This document shows positions 31,940 to 43,053 of a DNA stretch of 43,053 nt, in pieces. The stretch comes from Catajapyx aquilonaris (Eukaryota), in assembly GCA_000934665.2 (NCBI GenBank), contig KZ538873.1, positions 1 to 43,053 of the forward strand, given 5' to 3'. Made by a program: the position numbers and the translations under genes. A model generated the notes under the pieces. It was not told the origin of the DNA, made no database searches, and saw nothing but the letters and a program-made list of their open reading frames with translations. The number at the start of each line of letters is the position of its first letter. Positions within the stretch are counted from its first letter, which is position 1.

Positions 31940-34359
31940 CTACTGAAACCGACTGAAAATATCTCTAGCCCTGGCCTCTTTAAGTAGCGGCAGAAGCCGA
32001 CCCATTAATCTCGGATTGGAAAAGAACTTCTGGAACTGCTCATTTTCTGTAAAATTCTCAATGTCTTCCTCAGTTAATGTTTCCATGTCTGGTATATTTT
32101 CAGCGTCCTGTGTGATCGCGGGCAAGAGCATACATCCGAATAAGAATCCGAAGAGAAAGTGATCGTGATACTCCTTCTTCAGCCCTTCGAGGGTGAACTT
32201 GGAGGAGTCCACTCCGGCATCGTTCAGGTAACCCACAAACGTGTCGTGATAATCCTGAAACATCTGATCCTGGTGACTCTTCCTGGTGGCTTCGGTGGTG
32301 CTGATACAGAAGAAGTACACAAGGTCCAATGCTCTTGATCCAGCTCTCGCTATCTGGAAGTCAACCAGCTTGGTCTCCTGAACAGTCCCATCCGGACCAT
32401 ACTTGAACAGCATATTGTTAACCCAGCAGTCTCCATGACATATGACAGCGTATCCGTCGTCAACCTTTTCAACCTGTTGATGACAGGCTTCCAACATACC
32501 GTAGGACAAGTCCAGTAGTTTCTGCATGCCATCAGCAATGTCGTCGTATTTCTTTGTGGCCCTCACCTTCCCGATTGTCACGGTGAATTCTGGGTCTATG
32601 TACTTGGACGCGTCTTTGTTGACAATATCTGTGAACATTTCCTTCAGGAGAGGAAACTTTTGGAGAAGAAGGTCCTTGCTTCCTTTGGCAAACGCGTAGG
32701 ACTGGGCGTGAAGTAAGGCCAACTGTTCTAGGACCAGTTTGCAATGGGGGTAGTCCAGACCTTCTATTCGGTCTGCCATCTTGAACCCGTCTTGCTTCAG
32801 GTTGTGCATCAACATGTAGTCGGTTTTACCATCGTAATGGGTGTAATAGACTCGGGGATATGCGGTGAAGCCTTTAGTTTTGAAGCCTCTTGATTTTTCA
32901 AAGTCGGCCAATGCTGGGAAGACGTCTTGGTAGACGCTGATCTCCTTCTTGAAGGCGGCCAGGTCTGCCAGCATTTGTTGTCGGAAGGAGTTGTTCGGGA
33001 TGACCTTTGCCATGATGGAGTAGGATGTGGGGACACCTGATTTCCGGGCTTCGATCTCGACGGCGTACATTATGGCCAAGTAGTTGTCGCCGATGTTGGA
33101 GCCAGGGGTCACGTCCACAGTTATTATCTGGAAAAGTACATTTTTGTTTATTCGTAATCAAAGCCAATGAAAAATAACAACAGATGAATAAATAAATAAA
33201 TAAATCATTCCTGCAATACAGTAATATGATATTTCTTCTGCCACACATTCATGCCTGCACTATTCTTTATTTTTATTCGCACTAGCGGAAATGCATCACC
33301 ACGCTGAGGTATGTGAAGGCCGCAGGGGTTGAAGGCTGTCCTATTATTTCAGCTGTGCGAATAAATGCCGAAGGGTATGTAGTTAAGACGGATGTGGGAA
33401 CAAGAAAATAAACAATTTACATTACATTACGATGACAGCTGATGACAGTATCAGGCACAATATAATACATCGAGGTTGATGACATTGTTCTTGATTATTA
33501 TTGAATTATTTGAATTATTTCATGAATAAATATTATTGGTATCTATAACTTAAGTTACATGTTTGTTATTTACCTTAAATATCTTTGCATAACCCTAACC
33601 AATGCAAAACGTGTTAGCTCTTCGCTTTAAATACCTCTGCGTACATTGCATGCCTACATACTGTACACTACGTTTCAAGGTACGTTTACGTCACGGGCTT
33701 CACGTGCACAAAATCAGAGTGAAGCGTACAGTAGGCCTACCGGTATACTTTTTTTCTACAAAATGTAGGAAAGGCCCCTTTCTTGTTTTATTTGGTTCGA
33801 CTCTGACATTAGTGGCCGTGGTGAATATTTTATTCACACGTAAAAAAAAATCCGTAACATGTGCAAAGCTTCTCGTAAATAGGCCCTTTCCACTCGTTGG
33901 AGCATGGCAATTAGTTACATTGACGTACATGAACAATGTGAACATCCAAGTTACGTGCATTACCCAGCCAAAACTCTAATTGTTTTACGTACTGTAGGCT
34001 ACGTCTAACCAGCTCTAATAATGATAGTCATATTGTGCTACGTAACGTTCGCTACGTTACGCAACATTTTGCACGTCCTTGAGTAAGGGAAAATGCTGCA
34101 ATTACGCCCAGAATTACGTTCTAGGCCCGGTTCTATTTTCAAGGGAAATTTTTGCGGACCTCAGGGCTAGTGGCGTAACATAAACCCAGTTCCAGAACCG
34201 GTTCTTACCCAGTCCTTTCCCAGCAAACAATTTTAAAAAAATGCTTACCTCCAAATCGTCGCATTTTTCTGACTCTCTCAGCACCTTCTGCAGCGACTCT
34301 TTCTCCAAACATGCAGGAATGGCCACTTCCGCTGCCCCGTTTTGTTGAGGTTCTGCCAT
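31940..34359 (-). CDS. EcKL copy 5, 2 exons, 432 aa
   Basis: Exons 34359-34249 and 33127-31940. CHGDCWVNNMLF and LVDFQ. Confidence 0.93.
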
Positions 34360-35022
34360 TGTTGACTTACCCACCCTGCCAAAAGGACGTTCCTAGGTCA
34401 TGTGTTCAGCTTGAATGATATCACATGTGACTCAGCCCTTCAGCAAGGATTATCTGCAAGTTTTCTCTTCACTAGAAAGGGCCCCAGTGCAGTAACACGT
34501 TGTAAATGTTTTATCACTCGTATCCTGTGGCCTCCATAATTTTTCTGATGTAACACAGGTGGTTGATTGTTGCATATCTACAAAGAAGTTTGGAGATAAA
34601 AAAAATGGAAGGTTGCATCAATTTCGGACTTTCCAGATGTCATATCGCACCGATTATCTTGTTATCTCGAGTAATTGTTTTCAGTTGGAGATGGAGGCAG
34701 AGTTGCGTGTCACATGTTGACATTTTTTGACACTTTAAGGGTCTATATAATTTGGAAATTTCCTTCCTGGCTAGTATTGCGATGTAGGGAGTTAGATGTG
34801 GTCAATTCTTGAAAGTGTGTTTTACGGAATTAAAAATGTATGTGCTAATTAGCTAGTGTTAATAAGTTTACGATAACTGAAATAATCCTTATATAAGTCA
34901 TACAGTAATTTCCAAATATTTGTCGTGCACATCCATATCGGTCATGGACTTCGGGCGAATTTGTTATTTCGTTTTAATGAACCGTTAGAGATGCGTTGGA
35001 TGACCTTTATTTATGCAAACTA

Positions 35023-36413
35023 TTACATCACTATCATTGAATCGCTGATAACGTCCAGAACTCTACGTATGTATCTTTTCCCATGAAATATCTTATCCAG
35101 TTGTTTGTCCTTTCCAACCCCTGCGTCGAAATCCTCTTCGGTCATGCTCTCCATATCAGGAACATCATGTTCATCAACAGAAATGAAAGGAAGAAGAGCC
35201 ACAGCTACTGCAAATCCGAAGAGATAATTTTCTTTCATGTCGTCCTTCAGTTGCTGAAGGGTAAAACGAGAAGCATCAACTCCCAGTGACTTGACATGAT
35301 TGACAAACGACTCATTGTAGATTTCCAACAATTGTTCTTGCGAACTTCGACGAAGATCTGCCTCCAAGCTGGTCAATATGAAGAAGACCAGGTCATTGGC
35401 TCTGGATCCAATATTGGCAAATTGGAAATCCACAAATTTGAGCCCCACTGGTTCACCTTGCTCGTAACGGAACATCATGTTGTTGACCCAGAAGTCTCCA
35501 TGGGTAATAACCGACAACCCTGGCTTTGGTTGGGCGGCCTTGGCCAATTTGTCCTCGAATCCGTCTCGAATCTTTCTCAACCATTGCAACTGGGACGTCA
35601 ACTCCTTTTCAGCGGATTCACTCTCGACAACCTCCATTGTTTTAGTAAATGCGTCTGTGAGGAACTGGCCATGTTTACCCAAATCACCTGGTTGTATCAT
35701 TTGCCACAAGAATGGAAACTTTTGCTTCAACTGTTGAGGGTCGCCGGAACATATTGAGTAGCCAACAGCATGGTAATGCCCAAGTTCCTTCATGACCAAA
35801 AGTGCATGCTGGAGGTCAAGTCCAGTGTTTCTGTCGGCCATCCTGAACCCAGCAGGTCGAAGATCCTCCAGAATCAGATGGTCAGTTTGACCGTCCGTTT
35901 GGGCGTGGAAGCATCGAGGGTAAGTATGAAACACTGCGGACTTGCCCTTTTCTTCCTCAAAATTCCGGAGTTCCGGAAAAGTTATTGTGTACTGCTTGAC
36001 TTCTCTGACGAAAGCTTGCAGTTCAGACAACATTCCTCGCCTGGCTGGATTGTCTGGAAGAGCTTTGATCATCAGTGAATATGAGCATGGATTGTTGCCT
36101 TTGGTGGCCTTGACCTCTGCTGAATACATGAATGACATGTAGTTGTCTCCTGTTTTGCTGCCCATCTTGATGTCAATGGCAGTCACCTGAGAGACAAGCA
36201 ACAAACACTTATCCTTCTATCTAACGTTATTGAATATTATGCCAATATTACTACTAATGAGGACAACCGTACTAATTTGTAATAAGAAAAACTCCTTACC
36301 TTCAGGCTTGAATCATCTTCAGCTTTTTGAAGAATAGTCTGTAGAGCTTCCATTTTAATTGGCCCTCTTTCGTCATCTTGGTGGGAGCTGGATTTGGATT
36401 CCGGAGCAGCCAT
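35023..36413 (-). CDS. EcKL copy 6 (divergent subgroup), 2 exons, 425 aa
   Basis: Exons 36413-36300 (MAAPESKSSSHQDDERGPIKMEALQTILQKAEDDSSLK) and 36186-35023. GDNYMS, LILEDLRPAGF, THGDFWVNNMMF and FVDFQ. Same phase-0 intron position as copies 1-5. Confidence 0.92.
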
Positions 36414-36884
36414 TTCTGCAAACGACTTAATGTATACGTCGAATGAAGTTTTTCAATCGGACGAGGCTTGCTATCTGATACGAGATATCAATGGCAGAAA
36501 ATTAGATAACGTAACAAGATAATAAGCCGTAACGCACGACCTCTCTGCGTGAAATTACACGTCTTCACCTGTGAAGGACTAATTCACACATCATTACCTT
36601 ATTAAAGTGCCATTTGCATTTTAAAATAAGCATGGCGGAACAGGAAAAGTTGTAATAATTTTCATTGGGTAATTTCATTGGGTGATTTATTATACAATAT
36701 TAAATTATAACCATGCGTCAAGCCATAACATAAAAAGAATGTAATGAGTTACTATTATGTACTAACAATCGAATTATTGCAACCAAAATCCTCAAAACAT
36801 TGGCGAAACTATTTCAGTTTGTAATGAAATGATAAGCCTACATACTACATTTATTACGCACTACTTTGACACTATTTTGACAGA

Positions 36885-38368
36885 CTACATGACGAGCATC
36901 GAATCATTTACTACGTCCAGTGCACGACTAAGGAACCTTTTCCCTTCATAAACTTTGTTCATTTTCTCATTAGCCAGCAGACCATTGTCAAATTCCTCCT
37001 GCGTCATGCTCCCAAAATCAGGTGCGTCTTGTACCTCCGCAGTGATGATTGGAAGAAGAGCTAGAGCCACAGCAAGACCAAACACATAATTCTCCTTGAT
37101 GTCGTCCTGTAGTTGATGGAGAGTAAACCTAGAAGCATCAACTCCCCACAATTTGAGGTGGTTCACAAACGAATCGTTGTATGTTTCCAGTAGATCTTCT
37201 TGTATTTTCCGACGAAGATCTCCTGTTAAGCTGGACAGTAGGAAGAAGACAATGTCGTGAGCCCTGGATCCAATTAAGGAGAATTGGAAATCCACGAATT
37301 TCAGCTCCACTGGTTGGTCATCTTGGTAGAGGAACATGATGTTGTTGACCCAGAAGTCTCCATGGGTCACCACTGCAGTGCCCTTCTTTGGTCTGGTTGC
37401 TTTAGGAAGCTCTTCTGCCATGGCGTCTCTCACGTTTTTCAACCACTTGAGCTGATACGTCAGTTTGGTTCCTTCAGAGGAATTTTCCAATCCTTCAATT
37501 GTTTTGGACATGGCGTCAGTCAAAAACTCCGTGTGCTTTTTCATATGTTCTCGACCCAACAGTGGCTTCGAGTGAGGAAACATTTTCTCTAGTTTCTCTG
37601 GGTCACCAGAACCCATTGCGTAACTAAGAGCGTGATAGTAAGCTAGTTGCTTCATCACCAATGTGGCATGCTTCTGGTCCAATCCAGCTTTTCTGTCAGC
37701 CATCTTGAATCCAGCAGGTCTCAGGTCTTCCAATATCAAGTGGTCAGACTCTCCGTCAGTTTGTCCATGGAAACATCGAGGGTACGACTGAAACAATGCG
37801 GATGAGCCCTTGCTCTGTTCGAAAGCTTGAAATGCAGGGAAGGTCACTGTGTATTGTTGTACTTCTCTGACAAACGCTTTGATTTCATTCAACATTCCTC
37901 GATGGGCTGGGTTATTCGGAAGAGCTTTGATCATCAAAGAATACGAGCATGGATTGTTGCCTTTCGTGACTTTGACCTCAGCCGAGTACATGAATGACAT
38001 ATAGTTGTCACCCTTTTTGCTGCCCATCTGCACTTTTACTGATGTAACCTGATGAGAAAATGCACATTAATAGTACCTGTACGATTGCCCATGGCTGCAG
38101 GTCCAAGGTTATTTTCATATCAAGGCAAACACATGATTTGAGTGATTGGGATTATTATTGAACTAGAGGTCATTTGCGACAATATGAGGCACAAATCCGA
38201 TAAATAATGATTGTCTGTTAAATGAATAATCTCGTTACTTACTTTTAAGTCTGCGTCATTCTCCACTTTGCGGAGCATATTTTGCATCGCTTCTTTCTGA
38301 ACAGGCTGTGGTTCATCCTTGCTCTCTTTGTTCTTTAGGAATCCAAACTTGGAATCTGCAATCTCCAT
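36885..38368 (-). CDS. EcKL copy 7 (divergent subgroup), 2 coding exons, 429 aa
   Basis: Exons 38368-38243 (MEIADSKFGFLKNKESKDEPQPVQKEAMQNMLRKVENDADLK) and 38048-36885. THGDFWVNNIMF and FVDFQ. An upstream acceptor at 38415 suggests a UTR exon. Confidence 0.92.
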
Positions 38369-38699
38369 CGTGTCACTTTCTGAATTGGAGAACACGTCTG
38401 ATGTACACGACTGCTAGAAAGCAAAAGGAATGAGAATTTCCCACCTATCTCTGTTATGAAGGTATCAATAGTCTCTAGACAATGCAATCAACTGATCAAG
38501 ACGTACCATTTTATGTTGATACTGAACGTACTCTGTACCGTGCCATATAGAGATAATGAGAAATGCTTATGGCATTATATGTGCAGGATGTTTAGAAAAT
38601 GTGATAGTTGACACAGCACTACAGGCAGGAAAAACCCTCGGGAAAACCCTTCAGAAATCAATTGACCTGTAGGTTTATTGCTGAGGAGCGATATTTAAT

Positions 38700-39106
38700 T
38701 TAGTACTAGTATTTTACGATATTATGCCAATTTTTATTCCGTGACAGTCATCGATATTATTAATATCCGACTGTGATGGAAACTCCTCCAGTACCGTACG
38801 ACCTACAGCTTTGGGAGTGGTGTCTAAATTTTGCCCATGTTTTCTATATTTGCAAACCCCTTTTGATTTTTGGAAACAGTGCTGAGGGACTTTGTAAAAC
38901 TCAAAAAACGCACACAAAAAAGCCTACAGCGGCCTGTCCAAGGAGTTCCCATTTCCGCCGTTCCGGGCGCTACCTCCTGGGTGGCGACTCGCTTACTTCT
39001 GCACTTCACTGTCGGATGTCGCTTCGATGCTGCCGCTCTCTCTCTCTCTCCCTCTCCACCTTCGCCCTTGTTCCTAATTTCTGCCAAATGCCAAGTTGGT
39101 GCCTAG
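38700..39106 (+). mobile_element. Possible non-autonomous Helitron/DINE-like remnant
   Basis: Ends in a short imperfect hairpin (GCCAA..TTGGT) followed by CTAG|T at 39103-39107, and has an internal (CT)n run at ~39035-39050. The general layout resembles such elements, but the boundaries are uncertain. Confidence 0.35.
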
Positions 39107-41584
39107 TTCTTCGTTTAACATCTTGTGTATGTAGCGCAGAAATATCGTGGTATCCGCCCTGATATAAAAGCCAGCTGCTCGTAACGCTCTAACAGATTGC
39201 CAATTTGTCTAACCCTGCTAATTGCACGATATCTGGTGTTATATATCTGTAATAACGTGTGAAAAGTCCAGTTAGGTTCAGCTTGCATGCATGACTTCTT
39301 GTTCACTCGTACTTCGCAAGTAAGATGTCAGGCAAGTTTATCACGTAGAAAACCTGTCCTGCATTACAACCATGATTTTGGGCAACCTTAAGAGTTTCTT
39401 CAAGAATAACTAAGTGATTGAGAGACAGGCAATAATAATAACATTTTAACACTGGTGGTAAAATGCTTCGTATAAGTCAACAGTGTAACTATCTAAGAGC
39501 TATAAATCGAATAGTGGATAATAGTTTGCCTTCACTTACAATGCACTATTGGTTTCGTACCCTGAGGTCAGACCAGTCCATCAGTGTCACATGCGTGGGT
39601 GTAAATGCTCATTCTTGCAGAATATCACAATACGTCTTGTTGCGTACGAACGGCCTGCACTTTCACTACAAGGCGGTGTCCTCCTTCTTCATTTGCATGC
39701 TTGTTTTAACGGAAAAAAGTAGTTTTAAGATGTTATGCAGATTATGCACAAACCTGTGGCGCACTAGATAAAAGAGTACAGTAATTTACTCACCGAGGGA
39801 AGAAAGCCTAATAAAACAAAATTATACGCCGAGTCTTTTTCTCATTATTACTTCACTCAACCTGGTTGCTACATTATGATAACAGCAGGGTCTGTAAAAT
39901 ATTTATTTATTTATTTCCATTTTCCTTAGTACTTCTGAGTTAATATTTCACTATACAGTATAGTACTAATTGAAATGTTATTATTTCGTTTAATTCGTTT
40001 TATGTTGACAAAATATTCACAGTTTTAAAATTATTTGATATCAGGAGTTGGATCATTTTTGTGCGCGACCTCTACCAAGGTTATCACCCAACTATATTCT
40101 TTGGGAAAACGTACTTTATGTAATAGGCCTTAAATAATTGCCATTTCGTGTCCTTTCCAACAAAAAGAGAAAGGCGTGAGTTAGCAGACATTTCATACTG
40201 ACGTCTTTAGTCCGTGAGAAAAAATATTAAATTTAGGACTCTATCCTCATTTTCACAGCCTTTTCAGTAATTACAGTATGCACCCAGGCATCTCTTGACG
40301 CAATATCACCACTAAGCGTGAACTGGTCAATGTCATTAAAGGACATCCAAGGCCACATAAGGTTCATGTAGGCAATTAATTATTATGCAATGATATACAG
40401 TCACGAATATCCGGATGATCAATTCTGTCTGAAAATAAATGAACGGGGTATAGCACACGAGGTCAACGCCACGGCAGGAGACACAACATATACCACCAAC
40501 CGTTTTAACATACCTGTTCTGACCACTTTTTTTGTACCTCAGAATATTTTAGCCCTACCCGTGCGTGACCTACATTGTATTTTTTTACTTAACCCCAAAA
40601 AATTCTTAATTTTCAGTTAAGCTCACGGCCTGGTCAGGTAAACAGAAATGTACAATAATTGCTGGATAAAATATTGTTGATGGCAGTAATATTATTCAAA
40701 AAAAATTGTGTCCTCAAGCGTATAAACTAAAAGGTGTGTCACAGTTTTCACCTGGATCTTATGTGTGAAGGTCGTATAAGACAGGAAGGGGCAAGTTGGG
40801 CCTAAGGGATTATGACGGGGGCAAGGGAGGGGGGGGGGGNGGGGATTTTCAGAGGGCGCGTGTATAATGTAGAGTGTGGGAGGAGTGGGAAAAAGTAGGA
40901 TCTAACCATTCAGGGGCTGTGGATTAGTGAGGGTGCTCTCTGGAATCCAAGGAGTCATTTGAGCTTCTGAGGGCCAACAGGTAAGGTCATTTCATTCTTA
41001 TGAAGTGTTAGGGTTGGGCATCAATGGCATTGTTTGAATTTTGAATTTTAAATTAAATTAACTGACAAGCACACATAATTTGGGTTGAACTGTCATTTTA
41101 TGAAGTTTTATTTTATTGCTATTGATTTGTTTACTAAAATTATTATACACCTGAACGTGTATGCAAATTAAGCACAGGACCTATTTGTTGCAATTTTCTA
41201 TTATTAAAATTAGGTGTGACTTCATGCCCACAATTGGTAGTACAGATTATGGTATATTTTAAGCCAGACGTTATTTAATTTGCCTTTGTTTAATCTAGGA
41301 GTAAATTGCTTAAAGACAATGAGGGTCGCATCGCCCTAAGCGATTGTTCGTCGACTTAATAATATGAATTTGCTAAAATGACACAATTTAAAACAGCTTA
41401 TTATTTTTCATTTTTGGGCTGTAATTTATGGTGACATACAGACTGTATACTACTGAAAGTGTATTTTTAAAATGTGAACACTTAAATAGGTGGAATTAAG
41501 TATTGTACCCTGTAATTTACTGCATATAAATACAATTCCCAAATCATAAGTATGATTTGTGAATATTGTATTTATATATAGTAA

Positions 41585-41816
41585 ACTGGAGTTCAATGTT
41601 GACTATTCAGTATATTGAATAGTCAACATTCAGTATACTGACTATTCAGTATACTGACTATTCAGTATACTGACTATTCAGTATACTGACTATTCAGTAT
41701 ACCGACTATTCAGTATACTGACTATTCAGTATACCGACTATTCAGTATACTGACTATTCAGTATACTGACTATTCAGTATACTGAATATTCTACTGAATA
41801 GTCAACATTGACCAGT
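41585..41816. repeat. 16-bp minisatellite (10 units, 41631-41790) enclosed by inverted termini
   Basis: Unit CAGTATACTGACTATT x10 (two CAGTATACCG variants, last unit ends GAATATT). The flanks TCAATGTTGACTATTCAGTA and TACTGAATAGTCAACATTGA are reverse complements. Confidence 0.95.
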
Positions 41817-42801
41817 GTCGATCTTATTCTGAATGTAAGAGATGTTGGTGAGGTATACATTAATTTGAAAGAAAAAAAATGGCTTGCAACATACAATCTT
41901 GATATCTCATGAGAACAAATTTACTGTTTCTACCATGTACTCCATGGTACTACAGTATGTAGGTCTACTCTTACAAATTAGGACTACTCAAGTTCCGCGT
42001 ACTGTTAACGTACTTGTGGAGTGACAGCCCATAAATTGTAGAATCTGACCCCAAGGTATATGCGCATTTTCATGTCGACGTAAAACTTAATCAGTACACT
42101 AACTATGTTTTTCAAATTTGCCACGCGAATTAAGACACGCGAGGAGGAAGGGTAAAATTTTATATAACATAGAAAGGAAAAAGTAACTATGTTATTAATA
42201 AGTGTTTACTCCATTCTCGAAACATGTACGTACCGATATAGTACATAAGGGAAATTGAAACCTGTAGATACCATACATTAGATGGCACGCATTCAGCAAT
42301 GCGTTGTAGTGTTTCAACAAACCAATCTGTCTCCATCATTTGTGAGATATTACTATATTCATAAGATATGAAATAATACTGGCACATATTTCTATTCATA
42401 AGATGGTGTGATGTATCTGAAAATTGCAAATTTTCACACGATTTCTGGTAATTATATGACAAGATGATTTCTCCAGTGAAAATAACATTTTAAACACACA
42501 ATGTGAATCTCCTCCTGCACAATGTCATATGGATAATTATAAATCCTATGTTCAGTATGAAATATAGCTTTGCTCATGGTTGCAACATGCTGTTCATATA
42601 GTTTTGAGGGCACACCATGCGTCATTATGGTGACCGTGAAAGTTGTAAAAGTTACTGTACCAGTGTCTGGGGTAACCGGATCAAACCGATTCAAAAAGCC
42701 AGAAGCTGACCAACAGCTGTTAGAAAAAAAAATCCTAGGTGTCACGGCCCTTTTGACCATCAACTTGACCGACTGATGGACACTTTTATTTTGCAGGAAA
42801 A

Positions 42802-43053
42802 ATGACTGTCCCACAGGAAATTACTTCAAGACGTCACAGGTATACCACCCGACACAATAGTGTCACTCAAGGCATTACATTTTGCTCTCAATTTGCAGCA
42901 ATGGGGACAAAACCTCAGGAATACTGAACACAAATGATCCAATAATGGAACAAAATACATTGTTGGTGAATCAAGACAAGGAGAAACACAAGGTCCAAGT
43001 TGTCTGGCCGAATGTTATAGTTTTTGCAGTATTTCACGCCTGCTTTGCATACC
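42802..43053 (+). CDS. Acyl-CoA (delta-9/delta-11-type) desaturase, 5' partial
   Basis: Exons 42802-42839 and 42899->43053 (59-nt GT-AG intron, phase 2) give MTVPQEITSRRHSNGDKTSGILNTNDPIMEQNTLLVNQDKEKHKVQVVWPNVIVFAVFHACFAY. The end matches the K-x-Q-I-V-W-R-N-V-I-x-F-x-x-L-H start of TM1 of animal acyl-CoA desaturases. The His boxes lie beyond the window. Confidence 0.75.

Noticed and set aside
19488..37592. Recurring antisense and alternative-frame ORFs over the kinase exons
   Set aside because: They recur only because the underlying genes are near-identical duplicates. Their lengths and stops vary between copies.
19272..38368. Bacterial aminoglycoside-phosphotransferase or horizontally transferred operon interpretation of the long kinase ORFs
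   Set aside because: Each copy has a spliceosomal intron at the same position and EcKL-specific motifs. The GTG starts in the ORF track are internal codons after acceptors.
39780..41000. Candidate UTR exons or donors (39793 minus, 40637 and 40981 plus) for EcKL copy 7 and the desaturase
   Set aside because: The splice signals are plausible but cannot be assigned without transcript evidence.
41631..41790. CRISPR-like appearance of short palindromic repeats
   Set aside because: The units are contiguous with no unique spacers, there are no cas genes, and the context is eukaryotic.

Overview
Eukaryotic DNA, most likely arthropod, with short GT-AG introns and AT-rich spacers. Gene models were rebuilt by hand across splice sites. 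In order, the window holds: two multi-exon DUR3-type urea/solute:sodium symporter-family paralogues (31-3920 and 13407-17838, minus strand); between them a single-coding-exon LRR protein with an N-terminal BC-box-like motif, a 3-coding-exon secreted lipocalin and an intronless divergent ionotropic receptor (IR); a tandem array of seven ecdysteroid-kinase-like (EcKL/EcKinase) genes (five recent mosaic copies, one frameshifted in exon 1, plus two older copies); and the 5' end of an acyl-CoA desaturase missed by the ORF track. Several non-autonomous DNA transposon/MITE insertions and a palindromic minisatellite are present. The most unusual observations are these. (1) The IR ORF is bracketed by a 27/28-identical inverted repeat whose right copy sits in a highly self-complementary ~190-nt block. 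(2) The DUR3 paralogues carry a signal peptide plus mucin-like stalk and a Cys/His-rich insert. (3) The DUR3 paralogues differ at four intron positions yet keep alignable non-coding 5' regions. (4) The EcKL copies are patchwork mosaics, and their spacer repeat also lies downstream of DUR3-B. All calls come from reading the sequence by eye; no searches were run.
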